32,651 bases of DNA, taken from Actinomycetota bacterium. Lineage in GTDB: Bacteria; Actinomycetota; CADDZG01; JAHWKV01. This document shows positions 14,547-23,786 of this stretch, in pieces. The position numbers and the translations under genes were made by a program. The notes beneath the pieces are model-generated. The model was not told the origin of the DNA, did not search any database, and worked only from the letters and a program-made list of their open reading frames with translations. The first letter of the stretch is position 1; each line of letters opens with the position of its first letter. The stretch covers positions 1 to 32,651 of the forward strand of contig JBDSRR010000257.1 in NCBI GenBank assembly GCA_039929185.1. The letters run 5' to 3'.

Positions 14547-15212
14547 ATGACATCGTGCCGCACGGTTAGGGGGCCCGATACAGCGGCTCCCGGCACTATT
14601 CGCCCGACAGAAAAAGCAGCCCGGCCCCAGCCCCTGACGTCCGACCTTCGAGCCACCCCCGGCCCCAGCAAAACCCCTTCAACCCCAAGCCTTACTCCGA
14701 CTTCGAAACCCACCAGCGCTGATAAAACGCAGAGCCCGCCCAAACCCTACAAGGTCCTCGCATCCCAACAGGATCCTAGCGCCGACGCTTTACTTGGCCC
14801 CGCTTACGCGGATCTCTTGTCTTTAACCATCGAGGACGACGGCACGAACGTCCGCATCACAGTCGATATGAACGGCAACCTTCCCCCTAAGCTCAGCGAT
14901 GAAGAGACAGTAGGCGTCGGCGTGAATCTCTACGCAACTTCTTCGCAGACCGAAAGCGACTACCAGGTTTTTGTCGATGGAGGGTCGGACGGCTGGTTCG
15001 CCTACCTTGACACCCCGAAAGGCTTCGTCGATTACCCCGGGACATTTCAACTTGGTGGAGCGCGAATGGTCTTTGTACTCCCATGGGCTTCTCTTGGGGG
15101 ATTGAAAGGAACAGGCTTCGACGTATTCGAAGATTGGGCTTCCAGCGAGTTGGTGCCCAAGTCCTCGTATGATCGCGCTCCCGATAACGGCAGAACCGCT
15201 TTCTCACGCTGA
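14547..15212 (+). CDS. Hypothetical protein with Pro/Thr/Ser-rich N-terminal region and a C-terminal globular domain
   Basis: 221-aa ORF. The first ~75 residues are low complexity (PSKTPSTPSLTPTSKPTS) with no hydrophobic signal peptide. The start is uncertain and no family was recognised. Confidence 0.4.
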   Translation: MTSCRTVRGPDTAAPGTIRPTEKAARPQPLTSDLRATPGPSKTPSTPSLTPTSKPTSADKTQSPPKPYKVLASQQDPSADALLGPAYADLLSLTIEDDGTNVRITVDMNGNLPPKLSDEETVGVGVNLYATSSQTESDYQVFVDGGSDGWFAYLDTPKGFVDYPGTFQLGGARMVFVLPWASLGGLKGTGFDVFEDWASSELVPKSSYDRAPDNGRTAFSR

Positions 15213-15230
15213 GCCCTACAATCTGCCGCA

Positions 15231-15851
15231 ATGGAACATCTCTTAGATCAATTCAAAGAATCGATAGTCCTTTACGTCGGAGCTTGGGGCTACGTCGCCA
15301 TTTTCGTTTTGATGGTGCTTGAATCGGCATGCATCCCGATACCAAGTGAAATCACCATGCCGGTGGGTGGCCTGCTTGCCGCTGCCGGCAGATTGAACTT
15401 CATAGCAGTTGGGATGATTGGCGCGGTTGCGAATCTGGTGGGCTCATGGGCTGCCTACGCAGTGGGCCGAGGCGGGGGACGCCAACTGCTGCTGAAGTAC
15501 GGCCGCTTCATATTGATCAAACCCCACGACATCGATAAGGCGGACCGGTGGTTCGAAAAGTTCGGTGATCGCGCGGTTTTCTTTTCAAGACTGCTGCCGG
15601 TCGTGCGAACGTTCATCTCTTTGCCGGCGGGAGTCGCTCGCATGCCACTGCTGCGTTTCTCGATTCTTACTCTCGCAGGGTGCCTTCCATGGAGCTTCGC
15701 CTTGGCCTACGCAGGATTTCTGTTGGGAGACAACTGGGAGAAGATCTTGCCCTACACTGAGCCGGTCACTTACGGGGTCGCCGTGGTTGTCGCAGCAGTC
15801 ATCGGTTGGTGGTTCTTCAAGAGGATGCGTTCGAGAAGCCAACCTCAGTAA
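15231..15851 (+). CDS. DedA-family (VTT/SNARE-associated domain) membrane protein
   Basis: 206 aa. Characteristic ESACIPIPSE, KADRWFEKFGDRAVFFSRLLPVVRTFISLPAGVARM and TLAGCLPWSFALAYAGFLLG. Confidence 0.85.
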   Translation: MEHLLDQFKESIVLYVGAWGYVAIFVLMVLESACIPIPSEITMPVGGLLAAAGRLNFIAVGMIGAVANLVGSWAAYAVGRGGGRQLLLKYGRFILIKPHDIDKADRWFEKFGDRAVFFSRLLPVVRTFISLPAGVARMPLLRFSILTLAGCLPWSFALAYAGFLLGDNWEKILPYTEPVTYGVAVVVAAVIGWWFFKRMRSRSQPQ

Positions 15852-15888
15852 CGATTCTAGAGTCGGAATCGTTGTAACCCCAATAAAC

Positions 15889-16800
15889 ATGCACGGCAAC
15901 TTCGACTATTTCCTTGTCCTCTTCGCCACCGCCGCCGGGGCCTTAGTAGCGATTAGCGCGGTCATTGCTGGGATCGTTGCGGTCTCGAGCGGAGGCAAGT
16001 CTGCCGGGCGAACTGGGGCTAAGCAGTTCCTGTGGCTTTGGAGAACCATGAGCGTGGCCCTCGTCGAACTGGCGGTATTGGTCAGCGTGGGATGGACACT
16101 CCTCGGCGACCGAATCAGGGGAATCGTGGTCCCTCCCCTCGTATGGCTCGATGTTATCGGGGAATCCACCACCGGCATGATGGATGCAAGTGGCAGGAAC
16201 TTAATCTCTTTCGAGAAGGACGCCGGTCTAATCTATGTCTTTGATCCGATCAAGGGATCAACGAAACGAACTATCGCGATTCCACTTCCTGCGATGGATT
16301 CCACAGAGCGGTCGCAGATCGCAATCGCCGAATGGAGCGCAGACACAGTGCTGCGAGTGCAAGTCGTAGTTCATCCAACAGATCCTCACTCTTCGTTTTC
16401 CAATCGATATCCAGATACCTATTCCTCGCTCGTCTATAGGTGCTTCGCGAAGTACAGCGTGTCGGTTTCGGACGGCACGATGACGCAAGAGAAAGACTGC
16501 CAACTACCCCTAGGAACGTTGAGCGGCCCCCGGCCACCGGCGGGGTTTCCCTCGGAGGGCCCTTTCCTTCACTCTCGCGTTTCAAAGTTACAGGCAGGGC
16601 CATGGATCCGGTCAGAGTTTCCTGACGATTGGTCGATCAAACTCGCGGTCCTCGATGAAAACCGTCGCGAACTGGCCTTCTTCGAAGATACGTACCTGAT
16701 CGGATGGGACGCTGAAGGCGGCCTTGTGGTTCATGGGTCTCGGAGGGGCATCGATGGCTACTTTCGAATCTCTCCTTCCTATCTGGAGTCCTTGCGTTGA
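15889..16800 (+). CDS. Hypothetical membrane-anchored protein (two N-terminal TM helices)
   Basis: Track ORF 15565..16800 overlaps DedA out of frame. The first ATG past the DedA stop is at 15889 (MHGNFDYFLVLFATAAGALVAISAVIAGIVAV). No family recognised. Confidence 0.5.
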   Translation: MHGNFDYFLVLFATAAGALVAISAVIAGIVAVSSGGKSAGRTGAKQFLWLWRTMSVALVELAVLVSVGWTLLGDRIRGIVVPPLVWLDVIGESTTGMMDASGRNLISFEKDAGLIYVFDPIKGSTKRTIAIPLPAMDSTERSQIAIAEWSADTVLRVQVVVHPTDPHSSFSNRYPDTYSSLVYRCFAKYSVSVSDGTMTQEKDCQLPLGTLSGPRPPAGFPSEGPFLHSRVSKLQAGPWIRSEFPDDWSIKLAVLDENRRELAFFEDTYLIGWDAEGGLVVHGSRRGIDGYFRISPSYLESLR

Positions 16801-16803
16801 CCG

Positions 16804-17352
16804 CTAGATCAATCCGGCTTCGACAGCGCTGGCTTGAAGGCCCTCGATGGCCAACTGCAGGAACTCGTCTAGGGGGAGTCCGATCTTTTCTTCGCAGTTG
16901 TGGATCTCGTCTCGATCGACGCCGGGGGCAAATGACTTTTCCTTCAGCTTCTTCTTGCAGGATGAAACCTTCATCCCGACGGTCTTATCGGGACGAACTA
17001 GGGCACAAGCGACTAGGAACCCGGCTACCGCATCGGCTTGAACGATCGCCTGTGACATCAAGTCTTTGATGTAGGCGGGATGAGCATGGGCGATGACAGT
17101 GTTGACGATCTCGTTATCGACCTGGGCTTCGCGGAGCCACTCAGCCGACAGATGCCCATGGCGGGCAAGATCATGGTGGGTCTGTTCCATGTCCATATCG
17201 TGAAACAGCCCTGCTCGCGCCCACCGGTCGGCATCCTCGTCGAATCGTTCGGCAAGTCGACGCATGATCGCCTCAACCGTAACCAGATGCCGAAGGGTCG
17301 TTTCCTTCGATGTCTTGGAACGGATCAAGTCGAGTGCTTGCTGACGCAACAT
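16804..17352 (-). CDS. HD-domain metal-dependent phosphohydrolase
   Basis: 182 aa. RHLVTVEAIMRRLA ... AGLFHDMD ... HGHLSAEWL ... AHAH gives the H...HD...H...H pattern of HD-superfamily hydrolases. Confidence 0.75.
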   Translation of the reverse strand: MLRQQALDLIRSKTSKETTLRHLVTVEAIMRRLAERFDEDADRWARAGLFHDMDMEQTHHDLARHGHLSAEWLREAQVDNEIVNTVIAHAHPAYIKDLMSQAIVQADAVAGFLVACALVRPDKTVGMKVSSCKKKLKEKSFAPGVDRDEIHNCEEKIGLPLDEFLQLAIEGLQASAVEAGLI

Positions 17353-17371
17353 ATCGGCTCATAATAAGTGA
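17353..17371. promoter_or_regulatory. 19-bp divergent intergenic region with a shared AT-rich -10 element (putative bidirectional leaderless promoter)
   Basis: CATAAT (17360-17365, + strand) ends 6 nt before the ATG at 17372. Its near-complement TATTAT (17366-17361, - strand) ends 8 nt before the ATG at 17352. Neither direction has a Shine-Dalgarno. Confidence 0.35.
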
Positions 17372-17737
17372 ATGGGTATTTTGAAAAGGGTCGGCGAAAA
17401 ATTATCCACGACCCCCGAGCAACATCAAGCGCAGGAAATAAGAACCTGGTGCGGGGAAGTTGTGGGCGTTGAACAGATAGCAGAGTGCCGTCCTCGCACA
17501 CATCGACGCGTTGCTGGGGTTGTCGAGAGCATCAAGGTGATACCCCGCCCACATACGACAACACTCGAGATTCAGATCTTCGATGGAACAGACACCATCG
17601 TCGGGGTTTGGCTTGGCCGTAGAAAGATACCTGGCATCGACTTAGGGCAGCGCATCGTCTTCGAAGGAACGATCGGAATCTTCAAGGACACCACACTTCA
17701 GATAATTAACCCAGCTTACGAACTTATCGAGGGCTAG
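17372..17737 (+). CDS. OB-fold nucleic-acid-binding domain protein (actinobacterial Rv2694c-like family)
   Basis: 121 aa. RRVAGVVESIKVIPRPHTTTLEIQIFDGTDTIVGVWLGRRKIPGIDLGQRIVFEGTIG...LQIINPAYELI matches the conserved family normally found beside the trkA pair in Actinobacteria. Confidence 0.7.
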   Translation: MGILKRVGEKLSTTPEQHQAQEIRTWCGEVVGVEQIAECRPRTHRRVAGVVESIKVIPRPHTTTLEIQIFDGTDTIVGVWLGRRKIPGIDLGQRIVFEGTIGIFKDTTLQIINPAYELIEG

Positions 17738-18423
17738 CCGGGGACTCCGTCGGATCCGCCAGGGGTACCTGCCAACAGTTCCTCAAGGCTGGCCTGAACG
17801 TCTGCAGCAGACAATGCCAGGATCTCGTCGCCCACCATCAACGGAGTCTCGTCACGGGGTGCGATCACGTGACCTGACCGCACGATGGCAACCAACGAAC
17901 AATCGCGCGGAAGCGCCAACTCTGCGATCACTTTTCCAACCGCCGGTGAATCTTCTCCAAGTTTGAATTCAACTAACAGAACCTTGCCCTGCTCAAGCCG
18001 TAGCAGCGTTACCAAGTCGCCCACTGTGACCGCCTCGTCGACCAGTGAGGCAAGTAACTGAGGTGGACTAACTGCAACGTCGACACCCCAGGACTCGTTG
18101 AAAAGCCATTCGTTGCTTGGGTGATTCACGCGCGCCAGAACGCGTTGAATGCCGAATTCCTGTTTAGCCAATAGTGATGCAACCAGATTCACCTTGTCGT
18201 CGCCGGTGGCTGCAACCATTACGTCACAAGTTTCAAGACCTTCGCCGCGAAGGCTCAGCGGCTCGCAGGCATCAGCAGCGATCCATCGACATGCGATCTT
18301 GTTCGAGAACAGCGCAACGACTTCGCTGTCGGCGTCGATCATGAGTACCTCGTGGCCGCGTTCAAGCAAATCTCCGGCAAGGAAACGACCCACCTTTCCC
18401 GCTCCTGCTATCCCAACCTTCAA
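17734..18423 (-). CDS. trkA: TrkA/RCK-domain potassium-transport regulatory protein
   Basis: 229 aa. Rossmann GxGxxG (MKVGIAGAGKVGRFLA) plus a TrkA-C domain. There is a 4-nt overlap with the upstream trkA paralogue. Confidence 0.9.
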   Translation of the reverse strand: MKVGIAGAGKVGRFLAGDLLERGHEVLMIDADSEVVALFSNKIACRWIAADACEPLSLRGEGLETCDVMVAATGDDKVNLVASLLAKQEFGIQRVLARVNHPSNEWLFNESWGVDVAVSPPQLLASLVDEAVTVGDLVTLLRLEQGKVLLVEFKLGEDSPAVGKVIAELALPRDCSLVAIVRSGHVIAPRDETPLMVGDEILALSAADVQASLEELLAGTPGGSDGVPG

Positions 18424-19079
18424 TGCGCCGGTCCCTTCAAGCGCTCATCTACTTCGTCTTGGGCCGTTCGCAGCACTGATAAGTGAATGAAGTCGCCCTC
18501 TTGGATGACTGTCTTGCGGTCCGGAATCTGGGTTGCGCCGAACCGAGTGAGAGCGACGACGCTTACCTTACCTGGCTCTCGCAATTCATCGATGGGTTGG
18601 CCGATCATCGCGATAGGTGCCGGTATTCCAACAACGACAACCTCACCACCGCCAACCGTCCATTCAACAGACTCCGTCGAAGGTAGAACTCGGGACAGCA
18701 ATTGATCTGTGGCCCAAGCAACCGATGCAACGGTGGCGATGCCAAGCCGCTCATATATCCGCACTCTGCGAGGATCGTAGATCAATGCCGCCACGTTCGG
18801 TGTCGCATAAAACTCTTTTGCGATGCGCGCGGAAACGATGTTCGTGTTGTCGCCCCTGGTGGCAGAAACGAAAATGTCGGCCTCTTTGATGCCAGCCTCC
18901 TCAAGGATCTCTCGATCAAAGCCGATACCGACCAACTTCTTGCCATGAAAGCCCGGGTGGAGTCGTTGCTCGAATGCCCCACCATCGCGGTCGATGATCG
19001 AAACCGTTCCGCCCTTGGCCTCAAGGGCCTGGGCAAGTTCGGCCCCCACTCGACCGCAACCAACAATCACAGCATGCAT
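18420..19079 (-). CDS. trkA: TrkA/RCK-domain potassium-transport regulatory protein
   Basis: 219 aa. MHAVIVGCGRVGAELA (GxGxxG) plus a TrkA-C domain. A TAGACT box lies 6 nt upstream of the ATG, suggesting a leaderless transcript. Confidence 0.9.
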   Translation of the reverse strand: MHAVIVGCGRVGAELAQALEAKGGTVSIIDRDGGAFEQRLHPGFHGKKLVGIGFDREILEEAGIKEADIFVSATRGDNTNIVSARIAKEFYATPNVAALIYDPRRVRIYERLGIATVASVAWATDQLLSRVLPSTESVEWTVGGGEVVVVGIPAPIAMIGQPIDELREPGKVSVVALTRFGATQIPDRKTVIQEGDFIHLSVLRTAQDEVDERLKGPAH

Positions 19080-19132
19080 TTGGGCAGTCTAAACGCGCGA
19101 GGGGCAACCGCGGGTCTTATGCTCACCCCACA

Positions 19133-21460
19133 ATGAATCGCATCTTCAAACGGATCCTCGTCGGCAGACCTATATCGACCCACGAGGAACTGCATCACAG
19201 ACTGAGCAAGAAGATCGCACTGGCGGTGTTTTCCTCGGATGCGCTGTCTTCGTCGGCCTATGCAACCGACGAGATCCTTTTGGTTTTGATCCTGGCAGGA
19301 GTAGGCGCGTTGAGTTTGGGGGTCCCAATCGCACTCGCGGTCGCATTCGTGTTAACGGTAGTAGTCATGTCCTATCGGCAAACCGTGAGGGCATATCCGA
19401 GCGGTGGCGGCGCATACATCGTTGCGCATCGCAACCTCGGCCCATTTCCTGGATTGATCGCTGCATCCTCGCTTTTGGTCGACTATGTCCTCACCGTTTC
19501 GGTAAGCGTCGCCGCCGGGATGGCGGCCGTAGGGGCGGCATTTCCGGATGTGCGCCAACACCGACTTCCGTGGGCTTTGGCGATCGTTGGCCTTATCACG
19601 GTACTGAACTTGCGTGGCCTCAAGGAGTCCGGAACCGTATTCGCGATCCCAACCTACGGATTCTTGATCTCGATGGGGGCGATGATCCTGATCGGGGCAT
19701 ACAAAGTCATTGCCGGGCAGGTTCCCCCTGCGCATGAGATCGCCAAGGCCGCAGAAACAACGGCCGGCATATCTCTTTTCCTAATAGCGCGGGCCTTCGC
19801 GTCGGGTTCGACTGCATTAACTGGTGTTGAGGCGATCTCGAATGGAGTACCAGCATTCGAGAAACCGGAATCGAAAAACGCCGCCCAAACCCTACTGGTC
19901 CTGGGCTTCCTGCTCACTTTCCTATTCCTTGGCGTCACCTTCCTGGCCAAGGCTTTCCACGTCGACCCACACCTGATCGAGCAGGGCCAAACCGTCACGT
20001 CCCAGATAGCCGGAAGGGTATTTGGAAGATCTAATGCGATGTTCTTCACTATCCAGGTATTCACCGCTTTGATCTTGTTTCTTGCCGCCAACACCTCGTA
20101 TGCAGACTTTCCCCGGTTGGCGTCGATCCTGGCAACCGACCGATACCTTCCTCGGTCGTTGCAAAACCGAGGGGATCGTCTAGCATTTTCGAACGGCATC
20201 GTTGTTCTCGCGGCCGCGGCCAGTGCGGTCCTGATGATCTATAAAGCAGACGTCCATAAGATCATCCCCCTATACGTCGTTGGGGTCTTCACTAGTTTCA
20301 CGCTGTCGCAGTCGGGGATGGTTCGACATACGCGCCAAGAAGCTAAGCGCGCAGAAACCGCGGGCAAACCCGAACCGCGCGGCTGGAAACGAGCAATGGC
20401 GATCAATGGTTTCGGCGCGCTGACAACCTTCATTGTTCTAGTCATCGTCGCCACTACTAAATTCAAATCTCCCGACGTTGCCTGGTCGCAGTTCTATACG
20501 AAGGGGGGCGCTTGGCAGGTGATCATCCTGATCCCGGTGGTTGCATTGTTGCTTCGCAGGGTTGGATCTCATTACCGTCATGTTTCTGAACAGCTGCGCC
20601 AAGACCGGTCGGTGCCGCGCATCGAGTCCAACCGAGTTGTTCTGGTGGTTTCGCGTCTGCGGGGCGCAACCAAAGCGTTGGCCTTCGCACGTGCCATCGC
20701 TCCGCGAGAACTACGAGTCATCTCATTGAGGGCGACAGGAGTAAGGCTCACCGACCTTCGCAACCGATGGGAAACGATGGGCGTTACTACGCCGATAGAA
20801 TCAGTTGGGGATCGGATATCTGACGTGGCCGCATTCATCGAATCGATGTCGCCCACTGCTCTGCGGCCCGTAACGATCATCCTGCCTGACCCTCAATATC
20901 CCAACTACTTTGGGCAGCTTCTTCGGGGCCGGTTCTTGCTGCGAATGAAACGGGCGCTTCTGTATCAACCGGGAGTCGTGGTGATCAGCGTTCCCTTCGC
21001 TCCGCTGACAGAACCCGAACCGAAAAGGCTCCAGGCTCCAGGCCGCCTTGCCATCATCGTGGTCGTATCGGCGGTTCACCGAGCAACCGTGCAGGCGATC
21101 CGTTATGCAACATCGCTCAACCCCTCTGAGATAAAAGCGCTTTCGATCCAAACCGACCCCGGCGAGGCGGCCAAGATCTCCGGCGAATGGGCCGACAAGG
21201 ATTGGGAGCTCGATGTTCCTCTTGAGATCGTCGACTCACCCTACCGAAGTCTGCTCGAACCCCTTTTGCGCGAGGTGCGAGAGCTGCGCCCCAACCCCGA
21301 AGACGCGGTCGCGGTAGTCGTCCCCGAGTTCCTAGTGCCGCACTTATGGCAAAGGGCCCTGCACAACCAAACGGCGCTACTCATCAAATTCGCTCTGTTA
21401 TTCGAACCAAACGTAGTCGTGATCAACGTCCCCTACCGCATCGAAAAAACCACGGATTAA
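19133..21460 (+). CDS. APC-superfamily permease with a large C-terminal cytoplasmic domain (Rv2690c-like; possible K+ transporter)
   Basis: 775 aa. The N-terminal ~480 aa form about 12 TM helices, beginning LSKKIALAVFSSDALSSSAYATDEILLVL (APC/amino-acid-permease type). A ~290-aa soluble C-terminal domain follows. It is divergent from the trkA pair, as in other Actinobacteria. Confidence 0.8.
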   Translation: MNRIFKRILVGRPISTHEELHHRLSKKIALAVFSSDALSSSAYATDEILLVLILAGVGALSLGVPIALAVAFVLTVVVMSYRQTVRAYPSGGGAYIVAHRNLGPFPGLIAASSLLVDYVLTVSVSVAAGMAAVGAAFPDVRQHRLPWALAIVGLITVLNLRGLKESGTVFAIPTYGFLISMGAMILIGAYKVIAGQVPPAHEIAKAAETTAGISLFLIARAFASGSTALTGVEAISNGVPAFEKPESKNAAQTLLVLGFLLTFLFLGVTFLAKAFHVDPHLIEQGQTVTSQIAGRVFGRSNAMFFTIQVFTALILFLAANTSYADFPRLASILATDRYLPRSLQNRGDRLAFSNGIVVLAAAASAVLMIYKADVHKIIPLYVVGVFTSFTLSQSGMVRHTRQEAKRAETAGKPEPRGWKRAMAINGFGALTTFIVLVIVATTKFKSPDVAWSQFYTKGGAWQVIILIPVVALLLRRVGSHYRHVSEQLRQDRSVPRIESNRVVLVVSRLRGATKALAFARAIAPRELRVISLRATGVRLTDLRNRWETMGVTTPIESVGDRISDVAAFIESMSPTALRPVTIILPDPQYPNYFGQLLRGRFLLRMKRALLYQPGVVVISVPFAPLTEPEPKRLQAPGRLAIIVVVSAVHRATVQAIRYATSLNPSEIKALSIQTDPGEAAKISGEWADKDWELDVPLEIVDSPYRSLLEPLLREVRELRPNPEDAVAVVVPEFLVPHLWQRALHNQTALLIKFALLFEPNVVVINVPYRIEKTTD

Positions 21461-23784
21461 GGAGCTACGTGTTCCACTGGGGGCAAGTCAGCGTCCATGC
21501 TTGTTGACTTGCGCTTTGAGAAGGCTATCGAAATCGTCAAGATGAGCAGCGACACGCCAGCTATGGAATAACGCACAGGTGCATTGTCCTGCAGGCTGAT
21601 GACCGCGGGAAGGATGAGCAATGACACCAGGTTCATCACCTTGATCAAAGGGTTTAGGGCAGGGCCGGCAGTGTCCTTGAAAGGATCGCCAACTGTGTCG
21701 CCGATGACCGCCGCCTTGTGGGCTTCTGAACCTTTACCGCCCTCGGCACCATCTTCGATGTGCTTCTTGGCATTGTCCCAAGCACCACCTGCATTGGATA
21801 AGAAGTTAGCCATCAACTGTCCGGTCAAGATGACACCAGCAAGGAACGCACCAAGAGCGAAGTAGTTGATGCCGAACCCAACTATGACCGGCGTTAAGGT
21901 GGCGAGCAGAGCAGGAGTAGCAAGCTCTCGAAGCGAAGCCGTCGTGCAGATGTCGATGACTTTTCCGTACTCAGGCTTTTCGGTGTAGTCCATGATGCCA
22001 GGGTGCTCACGGAACTGTCGACGCACCTCCTGCACAACGACCGCAGCCGTACGCCCGACCGCCCGCACCGCCAAGGCAGTGAACATGAATGCGATGGATC
22101 CACCGATAAGCAAACCGATAAACGTCTTCGGGTCAGCAACGTTGATCTGAGTAAGTGGATCCTTGAAGAGGGCAGAGCCAGTTGCTTTTATACCCAGCTC
22201 GCCGCCGATAGTTTCGATGAATGATGCAAAAAGGGCGACTGCGGCGATGACCGCAGACCCGATGGCGAAACCCTTCGTTACTGCCTTGGTGGTGTTGCCG
22301 ACAGCGTCAAGGCTGACCATGATGCGCTGCGGCTCGCCCTCGAATTCACCCGACATCTCTGCGATACCGGCGGCGTTGTCGGAAACAGGACCAAAAGTAT
22401 CTTCACTGACAACTACTCCAGTAGTTGCAAGCATCCCCATTCCCGTAAGGGCAACAAGGTAAAGCGTGAACTGTATGTTGCCTGCGCCCATAGCGATCGC
22501 AGAACCAAGAGCGAGCGCGATCGCGATGATCGCGTACACCGACGACTCCATCCCAGATGCGAATCCTGAGAGAATGGTCGTTGCTGGCCCGGTTCTTGCC
22601 GCTTCCGAAATCTCCTGCACGGGCCGGTTTTCTGTTGAGGTGAAGTACTCGGTCAAACGGCTAACCACTTGCGCCAGGACAAGTCCCACAACGACCGCAC
22701 CGAATACACGGTATCCCTCGTTAATTTGGTCGTTACCGACGTAGTAGTAAGCGACCAACCCGGTTCCCAAAACAGTCAAGAGGCCAGCAGTAAGGAATCC
22801 TCTGTTGATGGGGGCCATAGCGGTTTTGTCTTTGGGTGTGGCTCTTACGGCATAGACCCCAACGATCGACGCTAGAACGCCTATGGCTCTAGCGATAACC
22901 GGGAAGATGAGACCGAGAACGGGATTGGCACCGATCGAATCGAACGCAGCAACACCGAGGATGATCGACGCAACCAGAGTGACCTCATACGATTCGAACA
23001 AGTCGGCGGCCATGCCAGCACAGTCACCTACGTTGTCGCCAACGTTGTCAGCGATCGTCGCCGGGTTGCGGGGGTCGTCTTCGGGGATCCCCGCTTCGAC
23101 CTTACCTACAAGGTCGGCACCGACATCTGCTGCCTTAGTGAAGATGCCTCCACCTACTCGAAGGAAAAGCGCAAGTAGAGAACCACCGAAACCGAACCCG
23201 ATCAAGATGGCAGAAGAGGTGTTCTGGAAGATGAGAATGATGACTGTTGCGCCGAGCAGCCCCAAGCCAACGGTGAACATCCCCGCCACTCCACCGGTGC
23301 GAAACGCGACCTTCAGAGCGGCTGGCAGCGATCCGGAACGAGCAGCGGCCGCGGTGCGGACATTTCCCCGCACGGCAAGGCCCATCCCGATGAAGCCGGT
23401 AAGGCCCGACATCAAACAGCCGGCGATGAAAGCGATGGTCCGAAATGCCCCAGACTCGAATCGCGAAAGGGCCAGGACGCCATCGGGTTTAACGACTTCG
23501 GTAGCTGTGAAGTAAACGATCGCTCCGAGCGGAATGAGTATCAAGCCGATGGTCTTGAACTGACGCTTCAGGTACGCCATCGCGCCTTCCTGAATCGCAG
23601 CAGCGATCTCCATCATCTTTGGGGTTCCCGTGTCTGCCGCGAGAACGCCGCGCATCAAGATGAAACCGACGGCGATCGCAAGCAAAGCGGTGCCGGCGGA
23701 AAAGTACAGCCACATAAAATCGGATCCCCGAAGGGTGAACTCCTGAAACCCTCCTTCACCTGCCAATATCACTTGGTTGTTCAT
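21457..23784 (-). CDS. hppA: Membrane-integral proton-translocating pyrophosphatase, K+-independent type
   Basis: 775 aa. Motifs [27 protein letters not shown]-like ([12 protein letters not shown]) and [18 protein letters not shown]. The [10 protein letters not shown] signature (Lys/Thr instead of Ala/Gly) marks K+-independent enzymes. Confidence 0.95.
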   Translation of the reverse strand: MNNQVILAGEGGFQEFTLRGSDFMWLYFSAGTALLAIAVGFILMRGVLAADTGTPKMMEIAAAIQEGAMAYLKRQFKTIGLILIPLGAIVYFTATEVVKPDGVLALSRFESGAFRTIAFIAGCLMSGLTGFIGMGLAVRGNVRTAAAARSGSLPAALKVAFRTGGVAGMFTVGLGLLGATVIILIFQNTSSAILIGFGFGGSLLALFLRVGGGIFTKAADVGADLVGKVEAGIPEDDPRNPATIADNVGDNVGDCAGMAADLFESYEVTLVASIILGVAAFDSIGANPVLGLIFPVIARAIGVLASIVGVYAVRATPKDKTAMAPINRGFLTAGLLTVLGTGLVAYYYVGNDQINEGYRVFGAVVVGLVLAQVVSRLTEYFTSTENRPVQEISEAARTGPATTILSGFASGMESSVYAIIAIALALGSAIAMGAGNIQFTLYLVALTGMGMLATTGVVVSEDTFGPVSDNAAGIAEMSGEFEGEPQRIMVSLDAVGNTTKAVTKGFAIGSAVIAAVALFASFIETIGGELGIKATGSALFKDPLTQINVADPKTFIGLLIGGSIAFMFTALAVRAVGRTAAVVVQEVRRQFREHPGIMDYTEKPEYGKVIDICTTASLRELATPALLATLTPVIVGFGINYFALGAFLAGVILTGQLMANFLSNAGGAWDNAKKHIEDGAEGGKGSEAHKAAVIGDTVGDPFKDTAGPALNPLIKVMNLVSLLILPAVISLQDNAPVRYSIAGVSLLILTISIAFSKRKSTSMDADLPPVEHVAP

Positions 23785-23786
23785 GT

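Noticed and set aside
14330-14743. 137-aa minus-strand ORF
   Set aside because: It spans the intrinsic terminator hairpin and the 3' end of the 13877..14464 gene. It has Gly/Val/Arg-rich antisense composition and no start context.
15565-16800. Full 411-aa version of the ORF downstream of dedA
   Set aside because: Its first ~108 codons overlap the well-supported DedA gene out of frame. I trimmed it to the ATG at 15889, which immediately precedes a TM helix.
19133-23784. Both convergent genes (APC permease and hppA) are exactly 775 codons long
   Set aside because: The two proteins are unrelated in sequence and family, so I treat the equal length as coincidence.
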